From contig CAZUWK010000002.1 in assembly GCA_964624185.1 (NCBI GenBank), positions 1 to 36,088 of the forward strand: a stretch of 36,088 bases of DNA, given 5' to 3'. This document shows, in pieces, positions 23,804 through 31,904 of the stretch. Under the pieces are notes generated by a model. That model did not search any database. It saw nothing but the letters and a program-made list of their open reading frames with translations, and was not told the origin of the DNA. Numbering within the stretch: the first letter of the stretch is position 1; each line of letters begins with the position of its first letter. Origin of the DNA: an uncultured Gammaproteobacteria bacterium (GTDB lineage: Bacteria > Patescibacteriota > Microgenomatia > 0-14-0-10-38-17). The translations under genes were made by a program, and so were the position numbers.

Positions 23804-23838
23804 TGTGCCTATGCAAGGCCTGGCCTTGCATAGGCACA
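23804..23838. repeat. REP-like perfect palindrome, identical to 23003-23037
   Basis: Read directly from the sequence. Confidence 0.9.
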
Positions 23839-24103
23839 GGAATTAAAAAATAGCTTTTTGTCAGGATAGGGATTATCTATTTAATTGTCAACAAGCAATT
23901 GTCAATATGAGTAAATGGGAAGACGAACGACAAGGAGGATAACAGTAAGACAAGGGGATGAATAAGAAAATACCTTTTTAGCCTTATGAATTAAATTTGT
24001 CTTTGGGGCAAATAGCCAGTGGTAATTTGGCCAAACTAGCCTCACGGCAAAAAATAAATCGTCTTCATGGTGACGGTGATAATCGTTAGAAGAAAGGGTG
24101 GGT

Positions 24104-24673
24104 CTAATAGGAGCGATAGGTGCCGGTTCGCCTTTTAGAATGCCTACCGTTGCTGCCGCCCTTGGCTCTGCCCCAGTCAGATTTATTGCCGTTAACTTCT
24201 TCGAGGCTTTTTTCTGCCCCTTTGGCCCGAGCGCCAATTAATTTTTTGGTTGAGGCCTTAAAACAGCCCAAAACTGTTCCCTTGACCCTGGCACTGAGAT
24301 CTTTTTGACTGTCTAGAAATTGGGTAAAAGATTCGGCTGGTAATAGGACCTCTTTTTTGCTTTCTTGTTTTTCTTTTTCTTGAGTAAAGCTTTCGTTAAT
24401 AATTTTTTCTATTTCTCTAATAGTGTCATGGTTGTATCTTATATCTCCACTTTTAACTAGGCTCCTTAATCGATTATCGAATTGTTGAAGTGATTGCTCC
24501 CAGACAGACAATAAAGGACTCAGGTCACCGCTTAATTTTAGTTGATCTTTAGTTGAGCTGTTTCTTTGACAATCGGGGTGAAGGGAGGAGCTTTTGACAA
24601 TTTCAGCAACCAAAGGGGAAATAGGTTGTTGAAACTCTTGATCGTTTGGAGAAAATCTTTCTTTATTAGCCAT
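24104..24673 (-). CDS. hypothetical protein
   Basis: 189-aa ORF with no recognisable motif. The C-terminal ~45 codons overlap another ORF (23902-24237), so the 3' end is uncertain. Confidence 0.35.
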   Translation of the reverse strand: MANKERFSPNDQEFQQPISPLVAEIVKSSSLHPDCQRNSSTKDQLKLSGDLSPLLSVWEQSLQQFDNRLRSLVKSGDIRYNHDTIREIEKIINESFTQEKEKQESKKEVLLPAESFTQFLDSQKDLSARVKGTVLGCFKASTKKLIGARAKGAEKSLEEVNGNKSDWGRAKGGSNGRHSKRRTGTYRSY

Positions 24674-24717
24674 GAGCTTATTATATTACTATGGGGCTCT
24701 TTTGGCAAGAATTTGCT

Positions 24718-25701
24718 TTAAGCTAAGCCCATTTTTTCCTGAGTCAGGCTAAGGGTTTTTTGAGAAATTTTTCTTGCTTTTTGAGCTCCCTTTTTAAGGG
24801 TGTTCTCCAGAAAGTCTTTATCTTGATAAATATTTTGATATCGATCTTGAATTGGAGTTAAGAACTTGACTACCTCTTGGGCCAATTCAGATTTGAATTG
24901 GCCATAATTTTTATTCTGATAGCGTTTTTCTATTTGATTAACATTAAGGCCGGTAACCACGGAATAGATAGTGAGCAAATTGGTAATGCCTGGTTTATTG
25001 GGAGCGGCAACTATTTCTTGTCCGGAGTCGGTTACCGCGGCCATGATTTTGTTTTTAATATCTTTGGGAGAGTCTAGAAGATCAATAGTGCCTTTTTGGT
25101 CTTGGCTTGATTTGCTCATTTTTTGTTTTGGGTTTTGTAAGGACATAACCTTAGCGCCGACTGAAAGAATTTTTGGTTTTGGGATTTTAAAGACCGGTCC
25201 AAAGCGGGAATTAAATTTTTGAGCCAAGTCTCTGGCTAGTTCTACGTGTTGCTTTTGGTCTTGGCCAACTGGAACCAAATCGGTTTGGTAAAGCAGGATA
25301 TCGGCCGCCATTAAAATCGGGTAATTAAACAGGCCGACGCTGGCATTATTTTGATCAGCCTTGGCCTTGTATTGGGTCATTCTTTCTAGCTGGCCCATGG
25401 AGGCTAGGCAATCAAGCATCCAAGTTAGGCTAGCATGATCCGGGTTATGGGATTGAATAAAAATAGTTGATTTTTCCGGGTCTAGACCACTTGCCAAATA
25501 AAGAGCGGCCAATTCCCTAATTTTGGCTAGTAATTTTTGGGGATCTTGAGGAACGGTAATAGCGTGCAGATCAACAATACAAAAAAAACATTCATATTGA
25601 TCTTGCATTTTTACCCACTGGCTAATAGCGCCAATATAATTACCTAGATGAAGATTGCCGGAGGGCTGGATACCGGAAAAAACTCTTTTTTTGCCAGCCA
25701 T
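24718..25701 (-). CDS. trpS: tryptophan--tRNA ligase
   Basis: FSGIQPSGNLHLGNYIGA is the HIGH-type motif, KMSKS is present, and the length of 327 aa fits. Confidence 0.9.
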   Translation of the reverse strand: MAGKKRVFSGIQPSGNLHLGNYIGAISQWVKMQDQYECFFCIVDLHAITVPQDPQKLLAKIRELAALYLASGLDPEKSTIFIQSHNPDHASLTWMLDCLASMGQLERMTQYKAKADQNNASVGLFNYPILMAADILLYQTDLVPVGQDQKQHVELARDLAQKFNSRFGPVFKIPKPKILSVGAKVMSLQNPKQKMSKSSQDQKGTIDLLDSPKDIKNKIMAAVTDSGQEIVAAPNKPGITNLLTIYSVVTGLNVNQIEKRYQNKNYGQFKSELAQEVVKFLTPIQDRYQNIYQDKDFLENTLKKGAQKARKISQKTLSLTQEKMGLA

Positions 25702-25709
25702 ATGGTGTG

Positions 25710-25718
25710 ATTATAACA
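25710..25718 (-). promoter_or_regulatory. extended -10 element TGTTATAAT (minus strand), 8 nt upstream of the trpS ATG
   Basis: The plus strand reads ATTATAACA at 25710-25718. There is no SD. Confidence 0.5.
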
Positions 25719-25735
25719 TTAACTTGTTTGCGGGA

Positions 25736-26710
25736 TTATTGGTTGATGATTAGACTGCCAGCCCCTACTTGAGAGTTAATGACTATTTGGTCTTTTTTTT
25801 GTTTTTGACTTGAGGGCGGAGAAAAATTACCCTCTTTTCCCAATCCCCTGATTTCCTCTTCATTGATAACAATTTTTCCTGCTCCAAGATGATAGTTGAG
25901 GTTAATTCCGATTTCTTCGGGCAGATAAATAATGATTTGACCCGCGTCAAGATTAACCGCGACTTCTTCTTGGGGCAGGGAATGTTGTGATAACTTCAAA
26001 GAAAGTTGGCCAGCCCCGACTTCGATGTTGAGGGCGTCAATTTGAATATCAGTAAAATTAATATTAGCTTGACCGGCGGCTAATTTTAAATCGAGGTCAG
26101 TCAAAAGATCGGTTTTACCTAAAAAGCCTTGATAAGAGATCTTGTCGACAACTCGACTTGGCCAAAGAGGTCCATCTTGGTAATTAGTAAAGTTAATAAT
26201 AATGTTCTTTTTTTCATCAAGATCGGTGGTTATTTTTGGTTCTCCAAAAGGATCTTGGTATTGAACCTTAAGCCGAAAAAGATCAGAGTTTTCTTTTTGA
26301 TCCGAAAGATCAAATTGACCGGAAAGAAGATTAATTTCTAGCTTTCTTTTATTTAAGTTGGGATAATTTTCATTAGTAATAATAAGCTCTTGATTTTTTG
26401 CCTTAGGGAAAGTTTTCTTTGACCAGTAAGACAAATTTTTTAAAACAGATTGTCGAGGAATAAGGGTCGGCTTAAGTTGGATGAAACTTAGAAAGAAAAC
26501 TAGGCCAGTAACCGCTAAGACAAAGATAGCCAAGAGGGTTTTTCCCCAAGAGGAATCAGGTAAAATTAATTCTAATCCGCTAAAAATTAAGATGATGGGC
26601 CAAAACTGCCAAAGGGTTGTCCAAATTGCCCAAGGTAAAAGCCCGAAGTTGTTAAGCAGAAAAATAACACCGGTGACAACAAGAATTAATGGCCAAGTAA
26701 TTTTTTTCAT
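25736..26710 (-). CDS. LiaF-like membrane protein with C-terminal toast-rack (DUF4097/DUF2154-like) repeat domain
   Basis: The N-terminus has multiple TM segments. The C-terminus has repeated beta-strand motifs: AAGQANINF, VGAGQLSLKL, LDAGQIIIYLP, LGAGKIVIN and VGAGSLIIN. Confidence 0.45.
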   Translation of the reverse strand: MKKITWPLILVVTGVIFLLNNFGLLPWAIWTTLWQFWPIILIFSGLELILPDSSWGKTLLAIFVLAVTGLVFFLSFIQLKPTLIPRQSVLKNLSYWSKKTFPKAKNQELIITNENYPNLNKRKLEINLLSGQFDLSDQKENSDLFRLKVQYQDPFGEPKITTDLDEKKNIIINFTNYQDGPLWPSRVVDKISYQGFLGKTDLLTDLDLKLAAGQANINFTDIQIDALNIEVGAGQLSLKLSQHSLPQEEVAVNLDAGQIIIYLPEEIGINLNYHLGAGKIVINEEEIRGLGKEGNFSPPSSQKQKKDQIVINSQVGAGSLIINQ

Positions 26711-26713
26711 ACC

Positions 26714-27193
26714 CTATGAACGAAAAAGGAGAGCTAGACCAAGGACAACCAGCAGTAATGGCCAAAGCTGAGAGAAATTAAAAAGCCTTGAAAGAAGGCC
26801 AAAATTTAGCAAAATAAGATAAACTCCCAGGAAAACCAGGGTCAATCCAAACCATAGCCTAACCCCCTTTTTTCTAGAAATTTTTTGAGCACTTTGACTG
26901 TATTTCTTGGCTTGAAATTTGATTTCTTGGGCATTTTTTTTGAGAACTTCTTCATCTTTATTGTCAATGTTGGATTGAGGAGGGATAATTAGCCATAGAA
27001 TAAGATAAAAAATAACCCCCCCACCGGACAGGCCAAGTAAGACAAACAAAATTCTAATAATAACGGGGTCAAAGTTAAAATATTTGCCTAGGCCTCCTGC
27101 TACTCCAGCCAAAAGACGATTTTTTTCCGAACGATAAATTTTTTTAGGTGGCAAAGACTCTTTTTTTGGTTTGTTATTATTTTTTTCAACCAT
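26714..27193 (-). CDS. PspC-domain membrane protein
   Basis: KIYRSEKNRLLAGVAGGLGKYFNFDPVIIRILFVLL is the PspC-domain signature. Further TM segments follow. Confidence 0.7.
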   Translation of the reverse strand: MVEKNNNKPKKESLPPKKIYRSEKNRLLAGVAGGLGKYFNFDPVIIRILFVLLGLSGGGVIFYLILWLIIPPQSNIDNKDEEVLKKNAQEIKFQAKKYSQSAQKISRKKGVRLWFGLTLVFLGVYLILLNFGLLSRLFNFSQLWPLLLVVLGLALLFRS

Positions 27194-27246
27194 ATTTTAG
27201 AAGTATTTTACAAGGTAGACGTTTTTTTAACAAGGGAAAAAACAGT

Positions 27247-27795
27247 TTATCTCTTTTCCTTTAAGCTTTTGGGGTCGGGGTAAAGGTTGCTAATAGTCCG
27301 AAACAGCCCTGGTAGAAAACCAGTCTCAGGGATTTGGTCAAGAAATTCTAAATTGAACGTTTCTATTTGTTGTCTGGTTAAGTCGGCCTGTTCTGGGTTT
27401 TTACTAAATCCTTGGCGAAGCTGATAAAATTGGAAAACCAAACCGAGTTGTTCTTCGCTTAAACTTGCTAAGTCTTGGCCAATTTTTTCTAACTGACCGG
27501 AGAGGTCTTCACCTTGAAGGCAACTATTAATGTGGTTGCCAAGAACTTGTGAAAATCCTTCTTCGGGTAAGAGATGGGCAATCTTTTGACCGATAAATTC
27601 ACCTCTGTTGGCGGAATTAATTTGATAAATTTGTCTTTTTTCTCTTTGGGATCGAGGCCGCCCCCCGCTTTTGGTTTTAATATTTTGATGTCGTTTTTTT
27701 TGCCTGGCATTCCATTCTCGAACAGCCTCTTTAGTTTTTGAAGATAAAATTACTCCTAGAGGAACGGTTTTTTCTCTTTCCGGTGCCCTAACCAT
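27247..27795 (-). CDS. hypothetical protein (basic N-terminus)
   Basis: 182-aa ORF on the same strand as, and upstream of, the PspC gene. I recognise no motif. Confidence 0.35.
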   Translation of the reverse strand: MVRAPEREKTVPLGVILSSKTKEAVREWNARQKKRHQNIKTKSGGRPRSQREKRQIYQINSANRGEFIGQKIAHLLPEEGFSQVLGNHINSCLQGEDLSGQLEKIGQDLASLSEEQLGLVFQFYQLRQGFSKNPEQADLTRQQIETFNLEFLDQIPETGFLPGLFRTISNLYPDPKSLKEKR

Positions 27796-27869
27796 AGAGT
27801 ATATAGAGTTATATTATGTATATTTAAGCAAAAAAGAGATTAATTTGCAAATTAATCTCTTTTTTGCCT

Positions 27870-27878
27870 TGCTATAAT
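27870..27878 (+). promoter_or_regulatory. extended -10 element TGCTATAAT upstream of alr
   Basis: TATAAT lies at 27873-27878 and the ATG at 27895. The implied leader is short and lacks an SD. Confidence 0.5.
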
Positions 27879-27894
27879 AAAGTTTATCTTAAAA

Positions 27895-29028
27895 ATGATT
27901 AATCCTTTTCGCCGTTCCTACCAAACTCTTAATTTAATTACTATAAACCCTAGGGTTCTTCTTGATAATTATTCTTTTTGGCAAAAGCAAAATCCTCAGG
28001 CTAAAATTGCCCCTGTTTTAAAAAGCAACGCCTATGGCCACGGCCTAGAGTTGGTTGGTCGTTTTATCGATCAAAAAATGGACTCGCCTTTTATCGCCGT
28101 GGACAGCTTATACGAGGCTTGGAAATTGGAAAAGGCGGGAGTAAAAACTCCAATTTTGATTATCGGCTACACTGTTCCGGACAATTTTAAAATTAGGAAA
28201 AAATTAAAGTTTCATTTACCGGTTTTTGATTTTGAAACTGCCTTGACCCTGTTGCGCTATCAGCCCCAAACCAGACTTCATCTTAAAATTGATACCGGCA
28301 TGAATCGGTTGGGTATTAAGCCGAATCAGGTAAACCGTTTTATCGGTTTTTTGAAAGATCATCACCTGGAGAAGCAAGTAACCGGGATTTATTCTCACCT
28401 GGCTTGCGCTGGTACTGATGAAGATTTTACTCAAAAACAAGTGGGTATTTTTAAAAAAGTCGTTGTCCAATTTGAACGGGCCGGTTTTTCTTTTGCTTGG
28501 AAACACATCGCCGCTACCGCCGGAAGCTTAACTGTCAAAGACCCGGAGTTTAACTTAATTCGGGTGGGTTTAGGCTTTTATGGTTATTTGCCTCCTCTCG
28601 TGCCCAGGCAAGGCCAGGCCTTGCCTAGAATAAAACCGGCCTTAAAATTAACCACCCGAATTGTTCAAGTTAAGACAATTGATAAAGGGGAAATAGTCAG
28701 TTATGGTGGCCGGTTTCGAGCCCAAAAGAAAACAACTATCGGGGTTTTACCAATTGGTTATTATGACGGCCTGGATCGGCGTTTATCTGGTCGGGGTTTA
28801 GTTCGGATTGGCTCAAGTTATTACCCCCTTGTGGGTAGTATCTGCATGAATATCGCTATGATTGACTTATCAGCCCTAAAAAAACCCTTTGTTGGCCAGG
28901 AGGTAGTGGTAATTGACGATCAGGCAAAAGCTAAAAATAGTCTGATGGCTCTTTCTTCTTTGGCCAAAACTATTCCCTATGATCTTCTAGTCGGCTTGGC
29001 CCAAAGCACCAGGAGAATTTTAATTTAG
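27895..29028 (+). CDS. alr: alanine racemase
   Basis: APVLKSNAYGHG carries the PLP-lysine motif. RVGLGFYGY and SYGG are also present, and the length of 377 aa fits. Confidence 0.85.
   Translation: MINPFRRSYQTLNLITINPRVLLDNYSFWQKQNPQAKIAPVLKSNAYGHGLELVGRFIDQKMDSPFIAVDSLYEAWKLEKAGVKTPILIIGYTVPDNFKIRKKLKFHLPVFDFETALTLLRYQPQTRLHLKIDTGMNRLGIKPNQVNRFIGFLKDHHLEKQVTGIYSHLACAGTDEDFTQKQVGIFKKVVVQFERAGFSFAWKHIAATAGSLTVKDPEFNLIRVGLGFYGYLPPLVPRQGQALPRIKPALKLTTRIVQVKTIDKGEIVSYGGRFRAQKKTTIGVLPIGYYDGLDRRLSGRGLVRIGSSYYPLVGSICMNIAMIDLSALKKPFVGQEVVVIDDQAKAKNSLMALSSLAKTIPYDLLVGLAQSTRRILI
28600..28628. repeat. diverged REP-like palindrome inside alr
   Basis: GTGCCCAGGCAAGGCC-A-GGCCTTGCCTAG is translated in frame as VPRQGQALPR. 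By manual alignment it matches the RAYT-associated palindrome at 26 of 33 positions over 28600-28632. Confidence 0.7.
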
Positions 29029-29044
29029 ATTAATTGACGGATTA

Positions 29045-30466
29045 TTACGGCGTTTCCGGTAGGGGCTCATCTTTTGTTTCCGGAATAGGATTAGGCTCAG
29101 TTTGGTTGTTATTATCTAAATCGGAAACAAGGTCGGCAACGGCATTAATGATATTTGAATCAGGCAAATAAGAGTAGAGTTCTCTTTGCCAATCATTTCG
29201 GGAGATAAAAACGTGGGGGTCAACTCCTAAGCCTTCAATGGGTTGACCGTCTTCTCTTAGGGTGAGACTGTGAACTAAAAACATAGAGTATATTTGGTGG
29301 GAGCTAATTTGATTGTCGAGTTTAAAAACTCTTTCTACTGTTCCCCAGCCTCGAGTGGTGTTGCCGACCAAAACACCAACATTATATTTTTTCAAAACCG
29401 AAGCCATCACTTCAGCTGAGCTTTGAGAGTTTTCATTAATTAAAATGATCACTTTCTTATATTGAACCAGGCTAGGCAGCCAGCCGGTTCGGGTTTTGTA
29501 ATCGGTTTTTTCGTCTTGGTGAAAAAATTGATAGGCATATTGGTCTTGGCCAATAAAAGGGCCTAAAAAATAGGGCAGATTATCAATTGCTCCGCCGATA
29601 TTATCCCGAAGATCAAAAATTAATGTTTCTACCCCGGGTTGCCCCTGGACTTTTTGACTAACCCTTTGCAGTTCGTCAAAAGTGGTTGGCGAAAACTTTT
29701 TTAGATGAATATGGAAGATACTGTCATTAATTAGTTGGTAGCTCATAGTTGGTTCTACTCCGGAGACATCATAAAGTTGACGGGCCTCATCATCTTTTAA
29801 AACTTCGTAGGCTTGATTAATCTGGGCTAATTTTTCTTGGGCTTGGGGAGTATCTTTCCCGGACAGTTCTTGTTTTAAGTTTTGGTAGGTTTTTTCTATT
29901 TTTTCTTGATCGGCCTTTTGGTCAATTCCCAAGGCCTGGTAATGGTCTTGATCGGTAATGTTGCGGACCATATTATTTAATTCTTGTTCCTCTTTTTGGC
30001 TGTAAAGATGGCTGCGGCCAAATGGTTCTAGGTTATTTAAAACCAAATTATTAAGCTGAACAATAAATTCTTCTTTGGTTTCTTCACTGTCAATTTGTTT
30101 TAAGGTGTCTCTTAGGGTGATTAGTAGGGTTTGGCGGTTTTTCTCTTTCGGGTTTTGGGGCTGGCCGGTTAATTTTTCGATAGCCAAAAGAAACAGAGAG
30201 GTTAAGTCTTCGTCACTAATTTTTTTCCAGTAATTAGCCTTAATTTTGTCATAAATCTCGCCGGTGAAGGCTAAATAGGAGTTGCTTTCTTCGCCTAAAA
30301 TAGCGGCTGGTTGAGGTTGGTTTTTTTGTTGAAAATAATAACCCCCCAGACCACCAACAACTAAAGCGGCGATAGTAATAACCAGAAAAATCGCCGGATT
30401 AATAGGCCATTTTCTTTTAAGGCTAAAAAATTTTAGTTTTTGATTTTTTCCTTCGGGAGTGAGCAT
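29045..30466 (-). CDS. membrane-anchored S41 (C-terminal processing peptidase)-family protein with an internal J-like domain
   Basis: The protein has an N-terminal TM segment. The J-like segment reads DHYQALGIDQKADQEKIEKTYQNLKQELSGKDTPQAQEKLAQINQAYEVLKDDEARQLYD. The S41 core reads LIFDLRDNIGGAID and ILINENSQSSAEVMASVL. Confidence 0.6.
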   Translation of the reverse strand: MLTPEGKNQKLKFFSLKRKWPINPAIFLVITIAALVVGGLGGYYFQQKNQPQPAAILGEESNSYLAFTGEIYDKIKANYWKKISDEDLTSLFLLAIEKLTGQPQNPKEKNRQTLLITLRDTLKQIDSEETKEEFIVQLNNLVLNNLEPFGRSHLYSQKEEQELNNMVRNITDQDHYQALGIDQKADQEKIEKTYQNLKQELSGKDTPQAQEKLAQINQAYEVLKDDEARQLYDVSGVEPTMSYQLINDSIFHIHLKKFSPTTFDELQRVSQKVQGQPGVETLIFDLRDNIGGAIDNLPYFLGPFIGQDQYAYQFFHQDEKTDYKTRTGWLPSLVQYKKVIILINENSQSSAEVMASVLKKYNVGVLVGNTTRGWGTVERVFKLDNQISSHQIYSMFLVHSLTLREDGQPIEGLGVDPHVFISRNDWQRELYSYLPDSNIINAVADLVSDLDNNNQTEPNPIPETKDEPLPETP

Positions 30467-30528
30467 TAATTAATAATAGATTATTAGCCTGGTTGATTCA
30501 AGAGGATAAGCGGGAGTTTTCTTTTTCA

Positions 30529-30534
30529 GATATA
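30529..30534 (+). promoter_or_regulatory. -10 element TATAAT, 10 nt upstream of the tgt ATG
   Basis: TATAAT at 30529-30534 is followed by AAAAAAAACC and then ATG 30545. There is no SD. Confidence 0.4.
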
Positions 30535-30544
30535 ATAAAAAACC

Positions 30545-31672
30545 ATGCCATCTTCTTGCTTTACTATCTTAGGAAAAGATGATGGGTCTAGGGCCAGGGC
30601 CGGTTGTTTGAATACGGCTCATGGCAAAATTAACACCCCAGCCTTTATTCCTGATGCCACCCTGGCCTCGGTGAAGCATTTGACGGCCCAGGAAGTAGCC
30701 GCGACTGGTATCCAAATTGTTTTAGGCAACCTATATCATTTGTGGCTGCGGCCGGGGTCTAAAATAATCGCCCAAGCCGGAGGTTTGCATAAGTTTATGA
30801 ACTGGTCAGGGCCAATTGTTACTGATTCGGGCGGTTTTCAAGTTTATTCCTTGATTCATAAAGGCCGTTTGGGTGGCCAGATTAGAGAAAAGGGGGCGTT
30901 TTTTAATTCTCATCTTGATGGGACCAGAAGGATTTTGACTCCGGAAGAGTCGATTAAAAAACAATATCAAATGGGGGCGGACATCTTATTAACTCTAGAC
31001 GAAAGTGTTCCGGCCACGGCCCCCCGAGCCTATTTTGAACAATCGGTCCCCCTGACTGTTCGTTGGGCCAAACGCTCCAAAACCCAATTTCTAAAACTAA
31101 ATACCAAGAAAGATCGATTGCTTTTTGGCATCGTTCAGGGTGGTATATTCCCCGATTTATTAAGAAAAAGCGCTAAAGAAACGGTGGCAATTGGCTTTGA
31201 TGGTTATGCTCTTGGTGGTGTGGCGGTTGGTTTGGAGAAAACTAAGCTTCATGAGGTAATTGGCTATTCGGTTGCTTGCCTTCCCGAAGATAAACCTCGC
31301 TACATGCTGGGGATTGGTTATCCTAAAGAGATTTTGAAAGCTGTTTCTGAGGGGGTTGATTTGTTTGATTGTGTTATTCCCACTCGTAATGCTCGTCATG
31401 CCAGCCTTTTTACTCGCCAGGGCAGGATTAATCTTCGTAAAAGCGAATTTGCCACTGATTTTGGGCCAATCGAGACCGGTTGTTCTTGCCCGGCCTGTCA
31501 AAATTATTCTCGGGCCTATTTGAGACACTTATTTTCTGTTGGCGAACCGCTGGCTTGTCGTTTGGCTACGATTCATAATTTAACCTTTTATGCTTCCCTA
31601 ATGAAAGATATTCGTCAGGCCATTAAAAGAGGAGAGTTTAATAGTTTTTCCCAACAAGTAAGACATCTTTAA
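30545..31672 (+). CDS. tgt: tRNA-guanine transglycosylase (queuine tRNA-ribosyltransferase)
   Basis: Motifs include RAGCLNTAHGKINTPAFIP, LGNLYHL, TDSGGFQV, FGIVQGG, PRYMLGIGYP, FDCVIPTRNARH and the zinc motif CSCPACQNYSRAYLRHL. Confidence 0.9.
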   Translation: MPSSCFTILGKDDGSRARAGCLNTAHGKINTPAFIPDATLASVKHLTAQEVAATGIQIVLGNLYHLWLRPGSKIIAQAGGLHKFMNWSGPIVTDSGGFQVYSLIHKGRLGGQIREKGAFFNSHLDGTRRILTPEESIKKQYQMGADILLTLDESVPATAPRAYFEQSVPLTVRWAKRSKTQFLKLNTKKDRLLFGIVQGGIFPDLLRKSAKETVAIGFDGYALGGVAVGLEKTKLHEVIGYSVACLPEDKPRYMLGIGYPKEILKAVSEGVDLFDCVIPTRNARHASLFTRQGRINLRKSEFATDFGPIETGCSCPACQNYSRAYLRHLFSVGEPLACRLATIHNLTFYASLMKDIRQAIKRGEFNSFSQQVRHL

Positions 31673-31725
31673 GAGCAATTCTTCTTGTGTCTTAGCTTTG
31701 ACTATGGTATAAACTGGGAAAAGAT

Positions 31726-31872
31726 ATGGCGACTAAAAGAACTTATCAGCCTAAGAAAAAACGTCGGGTTAGAAAACATGGTTTCTTGAAAAGAGCAAGC
31801 ACCGTTAATGGCCAGAAAACTTTAAAAAGGCGGCGAAAAAAGGGACGAGAGAAATTAACGGTTTCTTCCTAA
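31726..31872 (+). CDS. rpmH: 50S ribosomal protein L34
   Basis: The 48-codon ORF is below the track cutoff. It reads [48 protein letters not shown]. Confidence 0.85.
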   Translation: MATKRTYQPKKKRRVRKHGFLKRASTVNGQKTLKRRRKKGREKLTVSS

Positions 31873-31904
31873 AAACCCTCCTGTTCCCAAGGAAAAGAAA
31901 CACC

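Larger units (their letters stand above)
23003..23838 (-). mobile_element. RAYT gene bracketed by identical palindromic REP-like elements (REPtron-like unit)
   Basis: The same 35-nt perfect palindrome lies 28 nt beyond the stop codon and 17 nt upstream of the start codon of the HUH/Y1 transposase gene. Confidence 0.6.

Noticed and set aside
23902-24237. A 111-codon minus-strand ORF overlapping the 3' end of the 24104-24673 gene; it could be a frameshifted extension.
   Set aside because: There is no recognisable motif in either frame, no homopolymer at a plausible junction, and the composition looks non-coding.
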